This document shows, in pieces, positions 48,501 to 61,280 of a stretch of DNA of 64,000 nucleotides (the first letter of the stretch is position 1; every line of letters begins with the position of its first letter). The notes under the pieces are model-generated. The model did not search any database and was not told the origin of the DNA. It saw only the letters and a list, made by a program, of their open reading frames with translations. The position numbers were made by a program, and so were the translations under genes. The stretch lies in assembly GCA_043228905.1 (NCBI GenBank), contig JBHGNT010000007.1, forward strand, positions 3,410,001-3,474,000, given 5' to 3'. This DNA is from Azolla caroliniana (lineage: Eukaryota > Plantae > Polypodiophyta).

Positions 48501-51079
48501 AAGAGGTTTTCAAAGGTTATCAAGAAGTTTGTTTTAGCTCATTGAAAGAATGCAATGACTATCTTAGTGAACTCTTTGAAAGATATCTTGGAACTTTCAT
48601 GACCACCAAAATGGTCCTGCTGGATGCTGGCCATATCAAATTTTGTTCTATCTTGCTGTTGGATTGCTAACCAAAACCTTGCTTTGCATCATAAATCATT
48701 TCACATTATTGTTAGAGGCAGCATTGCCTTGAAGGAATGCATCATCAGTAGAAGAGGTTTTCAAAGATCATGAAAATGTTAATTATTACTCATTTAAAGA
48801 ATGCCATGGCAATCTTAATAGAGTTGTTGGAAGATATCTTGGAAGTGTCTGGATCACCAAAATGGCCCTGCTACAACCTGGCTGTTCACCACATTGATTA
48901 TTGTTGTGTCTTGCTGCTGGACCACCAGAATTCTTTCTTCACATGTGTAATCATCTCACTGGCCGCCTCTTGTTTGTCCATCTCTTTTCAATGCTTTCAC
49001 ATTGGTTTCAAGTTTCTTCAAATTTGATTTAGTCATATGTAGGTGAGAATGTGGGTGGGGCTCCTTGCACTACAGAAATGAAATGCTATATTAACGTCCT
49101 CTTCAAAAGGCTCAAAATTTCCTAGACTCCAAATAAGTTACATATGAAATGCTATATTAGTGTCCTCTTCAAAAGGCTCAAAATGTCCCTAGACACCAAA
49201 TGAGTTACATCCATGGAGATTTGTGAAATATCTGATAACAATAAAATAAAAAAGATATTTTAATGAGTTATTTTAATGAGTTACATCTGCTAAGAGAGAG
49301 AAAAGAAACATTAATGTCTCTAAACAGTAACAGAGTCGTGAAGTCAAATTTTGATTGGTCTGTGGGCCTAGAAGGTGGGTCCCCAATGCCTATGATGATG
49401 GCATTGATCTGATGAAGATATGCACATTTTGATTATGGTTCAGGTTGATGTTGGTGATGTCCACATCAAAGAGCCATTATCACTCCTAGGAGGCATGATT
49501 TCACTCTGCAAAGTCTGGTTGTTTGCTTATTTATCAAATATTAGTGTATCTAGTAGTATCCATGTGGATCAGATCATCAGTCATGCTGCAAGGAAAGCAT
49601 CCACTAACATGTTAGGTGCCAAGTGCTATCCTCTCAACAACTTCAGAGATGGTGCTTGCTACCATTTTTTATAAGGAAGAATGTAATGTAAAGCTATCTG
49701 GGTCATAAATATGTAAAGAATGTATGTTTTCGCTCTCTTTCTGCATATAAATTTTTCTGATGAATGAAGGGCCTTTCAAATGGCCATATTTGTTAATCGC
49801 TTAGCCAGTATAAATCCTTCTAAAGACAATAACTATAGAATTTTCCCAATCCACAATTTGCATCCTACAAAGTGCATTTTAGTTATTAGATATAATATTT
49901 ATTGTACACTCCCCATATCCACTACTAGTGTCAATTCCTGGCAAAACCAGAATCCTTATTATGCATAATGCATATTGCCTTTCCTAATTGAGTTGTTGTG
50001 TCTATAGACATGTTTGTTCCTGATCCGGATGCTTCTAGTATGTTTGTTGCCTTATTGCATAATAATAAAAAATGAAATAAGAATTCCTCTGTTTTCTGTA
50101 TTAGATTTTTCATTTAATTCCTTTAACTGATTCGGAGAATAATAAATGACGAATGCAGGCCATTGCACTTGCTGCATTGGATGCTGTTGGTCTCTTCTCT
50201 ACTGCTGGGCTTAATAGAGATAAGGTCAGTGTGGTTATTTGACTGCTACAAATTCAAATTTTTTGTTGATTAGGCCAATAGTTGGCAGGAACTACACATT
50301 TTGAGCTTCTGCATGATGCTGATGAAATATTCAATAAACAAATGAGATTAATGATTAGTTTAGGTGAGTGCATTTATTGGAACTAGGAACGGGCACAATT
50401 TTAGGCTGATTTTGCAGTAATATGGCAATGTGCCTCACATGTTTCTTTTCGTGTCCACAGTTGGGAAGTTTCTAAATAGTTCTATGTGCTTTGGTTTGTA
50501 AGCTATCTCAATTAGATTTTTGACCAGTATGATGAGGCAATGCATTATAGCGCATATTAAAAAATACTTATGCTAACACATAGTGTGTAAATCATGTTCC
50601 TAAGCTAATAAGTTAGGACCATATTATCAGGTGTTATTTTGCAGTACAGAAGCAGGAAGGGCATCATTTGTACGGCAACTTGAACCAGACTGGCATGTTG
50701 ACACATCTCTTGAAACAATATCCCAATTGGCGGTATGTGTTTGTCATTGTTTCTAGAATCTAATGAACTGAATCAAAGTTCACTATCTGAAAATACATCA
50801 CATCAAGTGTAATGTACAATAAATTGTACTGTAACTTGAAATGGGTTGGCTATTTCTAGAATACAAATGAAATGTATTGAAGTTCTCCAACTGGGAAATC
50901 ATATTGCATCTAAATAGAATCTATGTATACTTTTCTTGAATTTATTGGATAATGCATTGCAGCGTTATATTCGGTCTGAACTGCACATCTCACCAAAAGG
51001 CACTGTCTCCACATCGTCAACTAATGTCGTGGGTTCCGAGTCTCTTGAGTGTTACTTTGGAAACCTCGACTCCAATTGA
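45594..51079 (+). CDS. PEX22: Peroxisome biogenesis protein 22 (PEX22), ~273 aa; exons 45594-45689, 46667-46900, 47186-47233, 47350-47406, 47490-47591, 50159-50224, 50631-50732, 50963-51079
   Basis: All GT-AG, phase-0 junctions. N-terminal TM SIGALAGFAIAVICTWK, then LTMAQIVRKQLNGGRKMTCQLLGVIFEETTPQELQK, DLYLISRVVDDESE, KVLFCSTEAGRASFVRQLEPDWHVD, matching plant PEX22 from memory. Confidence 0.92.
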
Positions 51080-51900
51080 ATGGTTGATTAGTGGGCAGCT
51101 TTTTCGACTTTGAACTTTTCAGAGGTGATTGCTCAAATTAATGAATGCTGTAACAGAGGTTCTCATCTGAAATATGTTCCTTCTTGAGGTGTGATTCACC
51201 TATTTTGGCTACAACAGCGTCTGGCTTATTTGTATCTACAGGTTACTTGTAATAAGAGTCAAAACAACTTAATGACTATTATTCTCCTTTGTAAGAGCTT
51301 CAAAATTCATTTTCATCTAGAATGTTTTACATTTGAGGTGAGCTTGCTTAATATTAATGTAGTTAATCTAAGATATCTTGTCTTTTCCTGCAAAACCTTT
51401 TCACCTAGAACTTTTATGATTTGTGAATTTTCTCAATTATAGTTCATGCAGTATCTCTTATAAAGATATTTTTAGTGTACGGTTTTATCATTGAATCTCC
51501 CTTCCTCACATGCAATTGGATTAATAACCTGATTTTTGGGAACAAAGTTGTTTCCTCAGTGATCTATCTATATGCATATGACCGAACTGGTAACATGATG
51601 AGAACACAGACGTTTTGCCCTCTGATAGTATTTTGTTGGTCGACACATCTTGATTACAAATTATGACTGTTATTTATCCTATGCAACATAAAAACATGTC
51701 ATGCAGGTAGTGACTTATGATGCTTAAAACAATTTTAGGAATGAGCATGTAAAAATCCTTCGTCTCTTTTTCCAGGCATAGCACATGATACAATCTACTC
51801 TATCTAAGCCTCTACCTGTTCCATTCGCATTTGTACAATCCTTGCTCTAGTGGGAGGATGAGAGATTGTCCATCTCACCTTGAATGGTGTTTGGTGAATG

Positions 51901-52295
51901 TGTTTGGAGATATATGAGGTCTTCCAGGCATTTGTCTTCAGCTCAAATAGGATAACCATATTTCATTTCTGGAGTTTACGTTGTTCATACATGCAAAGAG
52001 ATTGTGATATGATTGTTTCATCATCATCATTGTTCATACATGCAAAGAGATTGTGATATGATTGTGTTTGGAGATATATGAGGTCTTCCAGGCATTTGTC
52101 TTCAGCTCAAATAGGATAACCATATTTCATTTCTGGAGCTTACGTTGTTCATACATGCAAAGAGATTGTGATATGATTGTGTTTGGAGATATATGAGGTC
52201 TTCCAGGCATTTGTCTTCAACTCAAATAGGATAACCATATTTCATTTCTGGAGTTTACGTTGTTCATACATGCAAAAAGATTGTGATATGATTGT
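51901..52295. repeat. Three near-identical ~115-bp tandem units plus a partial unit, between convergent PEX22 and PPR genes
   Basis: 'tgtttggagatatatgaggtcttccaggcatttgtcttc...gagattgtgatatgattg' at ~51901, ~52065 and ~52181. Confidence 0.92.
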
Positions 52296-52681
52296 CTCAT
52301 CATCATCATTTCAACCCAAATAAAAACAGTAAGTCTCATGGTAGATCATTTTGGGATTTTCCCAATCCCCCAAGAAGCATAGTTTCTCTTTAAATCAAAT
52401 GCATTAGCTCTATATCCATCTAGGATTGTTGTGGTAGCTCCCATTGTGTGATATATTTATGATTGGCACGACCATCCAAGACATAGGAGACAACTGTTAC
52501 GCACATGCTTCTAGATGCACCAAATGTGATCTTTTCACTCTAAATGTGTCATTAGATGTAATCATTGCCTTACATCCCCAGACTTTTGAATCGGTGCATG
52601 TTGCATCAGACTTAATCCAAGAGTCCTATAATAGGATATAGGACCTCTAATGTGTGAATGTGCCCTTATTTTGAAGGAGTT

Positions 52682-55318
52682 CTATTGATTGCTACAAGCT
52701 ATCAAAATCTTGTCTAATAGCAAATATGCTGAATCTAATTTTGGTTCCAACTCCATCACTGATGCAAATGCACACTGTCCAATAACATCATTGACATGAT
52801 ACTTGCAAGTGCCAAGCAACGTCATCCATGTCATGACATTTGGTTGTACTGGAATGGTTTGGACAAACTCTTGAGCTTCAGTCAAGCATCCCACTCGACC
52901 AAGCATGTCGACAACACATGAATAATGTTCCATAGTGGGAAAGACAATAGAATCCACAATGGACATATATAACATGGTGTATCCTTCAGGTTTGAGACCC
53001 TTGTGGCTACATGCCGATAAAATTGGACTAACAGTGGCATCATCTGGTATGAAGCCCAAGTCTTTCATATTCAATAAGATTGTGATTGCTTCTTGGCCTA
53101 ACCCATGTTGCGCATATCCAGCTATCATCACATTCCATGACACTTTATTTTTCTCATGCATCTCATCAAAGATTCGGCATGCCTCATCTATGCATCCACA
53201 TTTTGCATACATGTCAATTAAGGTATTGTTTAGTGACACATCATCTTCACCTTGTCTCCTTGACTGCGCATGGATTCCTCGGCCTGCTTCCAATGATCCT
53301 AACACCGAGCAAGCTCTCAAAGCACTAATAAAAGTTAATGTATCCGGTTTCGTGAAACCATGAGACATTACTTCAAACAGCTCAAGGGCTTCCTTTTCAT
53401 GCCCTTCTTGGACAAATCCAGCAATCAATATATTCCAAGAAACTACATTCCGGTGTGACATGTCTTGGAAGGTTTTGCATGCAAGATCTATACTTTCACA
53501 TTTCATATACATGTCCATGAGTGTGTTCATGAGAGAGATGTCAGATTGAAAACCACATGCAATAGCATGTTTATGAACTTCTTTTCCCCATTGAAGATCC
53601 ATAAGACTGCCACAAATTTTAAGTATGGTGATAAATGTGACTCTGTCTGGCTTCAAACCTCTACATCTCATCTCATTAAAGAGTGCACTTGCCTCATTCC
53701 ACAGACCATGGTAGAAGTATGCTGAAATCATACTGGTCCAAGAGACAACATCTCTAATAGATAAGTTTTCAAAAATATGTCGTGCTTCCTCTACATTCCC
53801 GTGTTTTGCATACATATCAATGAGCGAAGTGGAGATAAGATTGTTGGATTCCAACCCACTTTTTATTATGTGAATATGAATGCCTTTTCCTAGGTCCAAT
53901 CTAGACATCTTTGTATATGCTTTGATTTTGATGACAAACAAAAATGTGTCTGAGACTATTTTTTCTTGCTGCATCGTATTGAACAAATTAAGAACTTCAT
54001 CACCGTAGCCTAGATCAGAATAAGCTGATGCAAGTGCATTCCAAACACTAATATCTTTGTTCTCAATGGAGTTAAAAACTACCAATGCATCATCAATGCT
54101 ATGACACACTGCATACATTTCAATCAATGCATTACCTATAGAGATATTTGTCTCAAACCCATGTCTTATGATCAATGCATGTATCTGCTTGCCATACCCA
54201 AGGGATGTCAAACATGCACAGGATTTGAGAACAGTTGTGTATGTGATATAGTCAGGATCTACACCACTTCGGTGCATCCCTTTATAAAGCTCAATGGCAT
54301 CCACATTAAGTCCTTCTTGAGTGTAGCCCATAAGCATCACATTCCATGTAACTATGCTCTTCTCCGATATATGCTCAAAGATTTCTCTAGCATCTTTTAA
54401 GCAATGGCATTTGGCATACATATCGACAAGAGTGTTCATAATATGAGAATGTGACTCGTATTCACTATTAACCAATTGAGAATGAACATACTTCCCTTGT
54501 TTTAGAAACAATCCTTTGGTGCATACTTTGAGCATACCAAGAACTGTGAGGTCATTTGGGCACACTCCTTCTTGCTTCATATCCTCATAAATAGCAATGG
54601 ATTCTTCATGCATGTTTTGTTCACAATACACTAACATCATCGAATTCCAGACAACCACGTCACGCTCATTCATCGATTCGAACAATCCAAATGCAATAGA
54701 CATGTCATTGCACTTCCCATACACTTCAATAAGACAACTTTCCACATGCATTTCCAAGGCGAAACCACTCCAAATCACAAATAGATGCAACTTTTTGCAC
54801 TCGTCCAAACTTTGAAGGATACCACATCCTTTGAGTATGATGACAAAAGTACCTTTGGTTGGTTCTAATCCTTCTTGTAGCATTTGATTAAACATGTCTA
54901 GAGTCTTTTTACCATATCCATGGTTGGCATAAGATTTCATCATAGAATTCCACACAATAGTATCACGAAAATACATGTTATTGAACACACTGAAAGCATC
55001 GTACAATGAGCCTGATGTGGCATATGTATGTATAAGGTTGCTGCAAATGAACAAATCCAATTCCAGACCATATTCAATGATGAAACCATGTAATCTTCTA
55101 ATATGTTCCCATTTTCCTGAAGCAACGTAATCCTTTACTTTAGAAATGATTTGTGCTGGTTTTACCTTCAAGAGATATTGTGGGTGCTCCGTTTCTTTTT
55201 GAGGATAGTCATTATTGATAATACTTCCGTATCCTGCAGAGATTCCCCGTCTGAAGAAGAGGAAGGGGCATTCTCTAGGGTTTCTATCGTATTTCCTGCA
55301 ACACAGAACAGCTTTCAT
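52682..55318 (-). CDS. PLS-class PPR protein with short/truncated E domain, no DYW (878 aa, intronless)
   Basis: PPR triplets (TLIDMYAKCG, VVSWN..I, PD..TF...L.AC) and tail EHYSCVVDMLGRVG...TWMTLLGTC...ELEPKLDSAYLLL. The N-terminus is basic and resembles a transit peptide. Confidence 0.93.
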   Translation of the reverse strand: MKAVLCCRKYDRNPRECPFLFFRRGISAGYGSIINNDYPQKETEHPQYLLKVKPAQIISKVKDYVASGKWEHIRRLHGFIIEYGLELDLFICSNLIHTYATSGSLYDAFSVFNNMYFRDTIVWNSMMKSYANHGYGKKTLDMFNQMLQEGLEPTKGTFVIILKGCGILQSLDECKKLHLFVIWSGFALEMHVESCLIEVYGKCNDMSIAFGLFESMNERDVVVWNSMMLVYCEQNMHEESIAIYEDMKQEGVCPNDLTVLGMLKVCTKGLFLKQGKYVHSQLVNSEYESHSHIMNTLVDMYAKCHCLKDAREIFEHISEKSIVTWNVMLMGYTQEGLNVDAIELYKGMHRSGVDPDYITYTTVLKSCACLTSLGYGKQIHALIIRHGFETNISIGNALIEMYAVCHSIDDALVVFNSIENKDISVWNALASAYSDLGYGDEVLNLFNTMQQEKIVSDTFLFVIKIKAYTKMSRLDLGKGIHIHIIKSGLESNNLISTSLIDMYAKHGNVEEARHIFENLSIRDVVSWTSMISAYFYHGLWNEASALFNEMRCRGLKPDRVTFITILKICGSLMDLQWGKEVHKHAIACGFQSDISLMNTLMDMYMKCESIDLACKTFQDMSHRNVVSWNILIAGFVQEGHEKEALELFEVMSHGFTKPDTLTFISALRACSVLGSLEAGRGIHAQSRRQGEDDVSLNNTLIDMYAKCGCIDEACRIFDEMHEKNKVSWNVMIAGYAQHGLGQEAITILLNMKDLGFIPDDATVSPILSACSHKGLKPEGYTMLYMSIVDSIVFPTMEHYSCVVDMLGRVGCLTEAQEFVQTIPVQPNVMTWMTLLGTCKYHVNDVIGQCAFASVMELEPKLDSAYLLLDKILIACSNQ

Positions 55319-55392
55319 AGCTCAAACCCATAGCTTTCTTTTCTTTGTTTGAAATGGCGTCCTCTCTGTGTCTTTTGCAAAGAAATTCCAAC

Positions 55393-55630
55393 TTATCATT
55401 ATTTCCCCAAATACCCCTCCCATCAACACACTTCAATCCATTATTATTATTATTTCCCCAAATGCCCCTCCCATCAACACACTTCAAGTCATTATTATTA
55501 TTTCCCCAAATACCCCTCCCATCAACACACTTCAAGCCATTTTTACTATTATTTCCCGAAATGCCCCTCCCATCAACACACCTCAAGCCATTATTATTAT
55601 TATTTCCCCAAATGCCCCTCCCATCAACAT
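55393..55630. repeat. Minisatellite, five 48-54-bp units immediately upstream of the PPR start
   Basis: Unit '(att)n-tccccaaat(a/g)cccctcccatcaacacacttcaagcc' repeated five times. Confidence 0.95.
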
Positions 55631-57900
55631 ACATAAACTTAACAATTTATGATGTCTAGAGGGTCCTCGTCGCACCATACATTAGCTCTCCAAGTGTTGT
55701 AGAATCAACTATTGCCAAGGACACCACCTCATTCCCTAACTCAAGACATCACCTCAACTTGTCAAAAAAAAGTAACAAAAAAAACCTTGTAATTGTCAAC
55801 AACGTTAAGAACATCCCCACTTTCTCCATTGAGCAAAAGAGAAACATAGTGAATTCCACGATTGTCACTTTGAATTATTGTCAGTTGTTTGAATGTTTGT
55901 GACTTCCAACTATCGTTCAATTTTTTATGAGTCTTTGATTAGTCACATTGTTACTCTTGGCTTAGGAAGCTTTGTCGTGAACATACAAGATGTTACAAGT
56001 TTTGGGGAACTCAAAGTTGAACACAAAACATTTTAATATCTAATATCATGCATGTTTACATTATTGTGAGATAGTCTATTGTCTAAGTGTTAGAATTTTA
56101 GAATTTCTCTAGCCTTGAACTACAATTTTTTACCACCATATGATCCAGCCATATTGTTATTGTTGCCTTGATTAGCTTTGTAATGAACATACAAACTATC
56201 ATCTATTTTGGGGGAACTTGAACCCAAAACATCTAATATCTAATATTGTACATGCTCATATTATTGTGGGCCTCTATTGCATAATTTCATGTGGTAGGTA
56301 TCCATGATCCCCACTGGCATACGTGTATACATCATGATTAGGTGGTCAGCATGTATCAAACTAGGAGTGTTATATCTAGGCAAGATCCTAATGTTTTAGA
56401 ACCATTTTGACTCAACATCGGTCTTGTGTGTAAATTTGTTGTTATTGTTTTTTTTTGTCTAACATTTGTTTCCTAGTTCAATGTTGTTTTTGGCTTCAAC
56501 CCTCTACAAGCTCCATTGTTGACTTGGCAAGTCAATTATTAGTTAATTGCACCAAATCTTCAAATATGCCAACTCGATTGAGGGAAACTTATGCAAAATA
56601 CACTTGTTGTGCCATGATTCAATCTTCAATTGCCTCCAGTCAACATCATTCTATTAAGAACCATGCTCCTCCAAATCCTCATTAGTTTCTCTTTCACCTC
56701 TCATTGGGCGTCCATCCATGCCTGATACTCTCTCTTGGATTGAATTATCATGCTGTGTTGTAATAACTAGGATCTGTTGTTGGATTCAATGCACTTCTTT
56801 CTTATTCTTTGCCTTATGGGTTTTCCCTCTTACCTTGGTTACAATTCAAATGATGTATTGTAAAAATAATTCCTAGGCTAGAGTATCAATAATGTATCCT
56901 TCCATGTTTGATGCACGTTTTACCAAAATTCCCACAAATTGTGGGTTTCATATCCCCAAATTTTGCTAGTAGCATGGTCTGGCAACACCATAAATGTTAC
57001 TTGCTTGCAACTTGATATTTGAGTCCATTAGTGATTTGAGGTCCATCTCACGACTCACATTCAACTTGTAAATGATTGACGGGAAAAAGTTAACGGTTCA
57101 CTAGCAATTGTTAATGATATTATCATCAGATATATACTCTACATCATATTGAGAGGGCACAATCTTTCCACAAAGTGTATATGCCTCACTTTGGTTCCTT
57201 CTCTTACTTGTTACACCAAGTTTCAAGTTCCAAATTTAAGAAAAAAAAATCAAACTTTCTAAATTGCATTCCTCCACTTCCATCAATGATTTTCCTTCCT
57301 CCTGTTCTATCTGTCTTGATAATTTGTGAGAACAATAGGAAGGAGTAACATACAAGATGACACGTTTATTTGGTTCCATACATCAAATTGTTCCTTCTCA
57401 TGAACGATAAAAATTCTATTCTACTGTATTGATAGTCTCTATTTAAAAGCTAATCCTTCTCTTCCTTTATGTTTACTTTTGTTGTTATGGATCAATTTGT
57501 CATTGCCATGTGTTCAAGCAATATGTCATTACCTGCCTTTTGGATTTATGGGATGACACTTTTTAGGCTCCTTTTTCATGGGTCAATGGAATTGCTTTGA
57601 GGTTGACACCATCATTACTACCACCAACAAGAACATTGTTACCCCTAACAAGATTTTCAAAGTACCGCCTCCCTAACTGCACCTCACAGTACTATTCTCT
57701 AAGCCAAATCAACAAAAACACAATGGCAATCAAGTGCGATGGTGGTTCTACATATCATCTAATGGTTACCTTCTTCTTGACAATGTAAAATGCTAGACCC
57801 AGACCAAATCTTACCTTATCATTGACGATCCTCTTATTCTCATGCACAATTAACTCAATATATGGAACTCCCCAAGAGAATGCCTCCCTCTTACACTATG

Positions 57901-57906
<6 letters not shown>

Positions 57907-57975
<69 letters not shown>
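57907..57975. repeat. (CT)n microsatellite at the 5'-truncation point of a LINE
   Basis: Pure CT run directly followed by LINE sequence. Confidence 0.95.
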
Positions 57976-57977
<2 letters not shown>

Positions 57978-58770
57978 AGGATATCATCTCACCAACTTGA
58001 GATTGAGAATGGTCGTGCTAATAGAGTCCCTAGAGAGGAAAGGATATGTAGATTATGTCACATTGAGATAGAGGATGAGTATCACTTTACATGCAAGTGT
58101 CCAACTTACGCCGAGATAAGGGCCAAATACCAAGACATATTAGGACCTTCTCCAAACTATTAGATACCCTACATATATAGAAACTAGGCAGGTATATCTT
58201 AGAGCTAAAACAACATAGAGAGAATAAGCTATAAAATGTTAACCATAACCATTCTAATATTCACCAACATGTAACTAATTAAACTTTTCAGGAACAAGGG
58301 AGATGATGAATGTGCACACAGCTACACCACTCGGCCTCTCCCTTGCTGAAGTAGAAAAGCAAAGAACAACTAAATGCCTCAAATGTCGGGCTTCAAAGCA
58401 ACTCGGATTGGAAACAAATTAAGAAGATAAAGGAACATGAGTTATGCCGCCTAGAAGCTATGGTTGGGGTACCTTTTACATTGGGACCACGGGCCACATC
58501 CACATCGAAACCCTTTGACTTCCCGCTTCTTTCCGAGAGACTTGGTTGGAAATGAAACTAGGCCTAGTATACAACCATTTCCTTTATAGAATATGTTACA
58601 CCATAACATGTTTTTGTATAATACTAGAGCTCTTTAGCTTAAGTTCTATTTTATTTTATTTTATTTTTACTTTCAATGAATGGGTAAATACCCCATTTTG
58701 TTGTAAACCAATCATTGTCTCATGGGCCATTTGGTTTTGAAGACGTTAATATTTCTTTCTTTCTTTCTTT
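57976..58770 (+). mobile_element. 5'-truncated LINE 3' end (same family as 62308-63640), (CTTT)n tail
   Basis: Encodes RISSHQLEIENGRANRVPREERICRLCHIEIEDEYHFTCKCPTY, nearly identical to ORF 62531..63643; ends gaagacgttaatat(ttct)n. Confidence 0.9.
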
Positions 58771-58789
58771 AAGTTGTTACGCTACATCT

Positions 58790-59129
58790 TAGGTTCAAAA
58801 CCTAATTTTTTCACCCTCTATCACTTCATACACATCTCTTAATTCACTAGATGCCACTATGGAATGTAGGGGTTGAACCCATAAACTCATGGTCTCCATT
58901 AGGCAACCATACTAACTAAGCTACATCCATCTAGGCTCTCTCTCTCTCTCTTTTATTATTATCGTAATTACCTTAGCACTAGAAGCACTGCATTGCGGGT
59001 TCGAAACCCAACTTCCTTACCTCTCTATTATATACTTCTTATATACTTCTTAATTCACTAGATGCCATTGTGGAATGTAGGGGTTGAACCCATGACCACC
59101 TGGTCTCCATTGGGCAACCTTACCAATTG

Positions 59130-59133
<4 letters not shown>
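58790..59133 (-). mobile_element. tRNA-like SINE candidates, copies 2 and 3 in tandem, each abutting (CT)n
   Basis: Copy 3 minus strand: A-box-like AGCTCAATTGG (59133-59123) and B-box-like GGTTCAACCCC (59090-59080), 32 nt apart. Copy 2 at ~58790-58925. Confidence 0.7.
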
Positions 59134-59174
<41 letters not shown>

Positions 59175-59324
59175 CTTAGCCTATATTAATTGTATGTAAA
59201 ATCCACTTAGTTACAACACTTCTTAGTCTCCTTTACCTATCATATGCCTATGTAGGGAGAGGGATGTCTTGTAATGCCATTAAAAAACCTAAATATGCAT
59301 TTGAGGAAATTATTCCCACATGCT

Positions 59325-61280
59325 CTAGACTAACATCCAAAAATTCCACTTGAGAATACCTTTCAGCTTCTTTATATAGGCTTTCACCCCATGTCTATTA
59401 TCAAACATGAAAGCATTGCACATATTCGAATTGTGTTGTAGTCCCCAATAACGTAAAAATTGGAACAATATCTCCATCTCATCATTTGAACCATTTTGAA
59501 CATATTGAGAAAAAATCCATTGTTGAGGTCGCAAACAACAACGGGTTAAAACTTGCCAAATGTCTGATACGTACTTCCAAATGGTACACACTATAGGACA
59601 TTTAATGAACCTATGTGTACTATCCTCCAATGGAACGGTGCAAAAGAAAAAAGTGTTAGACCCTAGTCCTCGTGTCTTTAAGGCCGACCCTAATGGGAGC
59701 CCACCAATCATGACTCTCCATATCAATACCTCTGCACGAAATGGTAGATGGGAATGCCAACCACGTTGTAATATTTTCCACCACCTTGCATTTGACTTAG
59801 TACATGCATTCCACAACTTCGTTGCTTTAGGATATAGCCAAGATAATGATGCCATCACATGATGATACAATATATTTGTAGTGACCTGTAGCAAGCGTGT
59901 ACCATCTTGCAATCGCCAATCCACCCAAGGTGAAAATTTTGTTTTCAATGGCAAAGATCCTTGCAACAATGGTATATCTTGTAATTTCTCCCAAATAAAT
60001 CCATACTTTGGGGGAATACATAACCATCGTTTGACATCTTCAAAATCCAACAACCTTTGAGATTCATTATCAACCACATCTTCCAAATGTACAATACCCA
60101 ATCAGAATAAACGATTGAATTGAGATCTCAACTTCTCTTTCCCATGCCAAAACAACACTCGAGAAGAAACAAGCAATTCATTTTGTAATGAATTACAATA
60201 TTCTCGATCACTTGATGGTCCCCATTCAAAAAGAGATAATGCATCTTGCCATGATCGTACCAAATGTTGTCCACATACAGAATGCCTCTCTTTCTCTAAA
60301 AAGTTTGTCTATCTCTCTCAAAACAAGACGGTGATACAACCCTTGCTATCTTCACAAGATGATAATACAACCCTTCACTACTTTGTTAATAGTGATATGG
60401 CAAGGAGAAGCCTCTCAAGTGTCGTAATACTAGATAATATAACTCAACCTCGTCTTGGAACAACGTCCCCATACAAAATAGTTGCGAAAATTGCCAAATT
60501 AACTTCCCTTTCATCCTACGGAGTTGTTGTGTTATCCTAAGAAGTTCATCAAACAAGAACTCATTTCTCATGGTCCAAATAAACCACATCCCCCAATACC
60601 TAAGGTAGTTAAACACAACATGATATGATGGTGTGGGTATAGCGTTATCATCATCAATAGAAACCCACTTAAAAGGTGACAAAATACTTCATCTTATTGA
60701 TGCCCAAATTTGTGATATAACCACCCAAATGGCTTTAGCAACCGAACATCTAATGAACCTATGTCTGGCATCTTCGTCAACCACCATACAGAAAAACATG
60801 TCCCATTCGAAATATGTCTTCGTTTTAAAGCCATCACCAAAGGCAACCCACCAACTATCACATGCTAAAGAATACTGACATCTTGCGTCTAAAACTCTAC
60901 GCCACCACTTTACATGTGGAGTAATGTACCATGTCTCTAAAACTTTATTCCCTAACCAAGCTCTATCTTCAACCAGCTTATGGATCTATACATCATAAAT
61001 GTGCCCCACAAAAATGACCAATCTTTCCATGGTTCCTCGACCACCAACTCTAGAATCAGAAAACTAAATTAGGCAATGCCAACATTGATTGCCAAATACA
61101 CCCATATCCACGTGGTATATGAAACTTATTTCGGATTGTCCGAAAGGCCATCATTTTCATACGTTACTCTAAGATATCATCTTCCACAGCTACCAAGCCA
61201 GACTTGCCGTTCCTTTGAACTATGAGTTTACACTTTCTTTTCCATCCCAATGTATTATATTGGAGTTGCTAACACCACTT
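59325..61280 (-). mobile_element. Two degenerate L1-like LINE ORF2 C-terminal fragments (zf-RVT) in tandem
   Basis: ORF 59325..60101 (VLIWRVMIGGLPLG...CTVPLEDSTHRFIKCPIVCTIW...FQFLRYWG) and a related decayed copy at 60386..60682 (VFNYLRYWGMWFIWTMRNEFLFD). Confidence 0.75.

Noticed and set aside
49755-49785. CTGATGA core suggestive of a hammerhead ribozyme
   Set aside because: No flanking helices or correctly placed GAAA/NUH could be built.
55393-55630. Regularly spaced repeats resembling a CRISPR array
   Set aside because: Units are contiguous with no unique spacers, there are no cas genes and the context is eukaryotic; this is a minisatellite.
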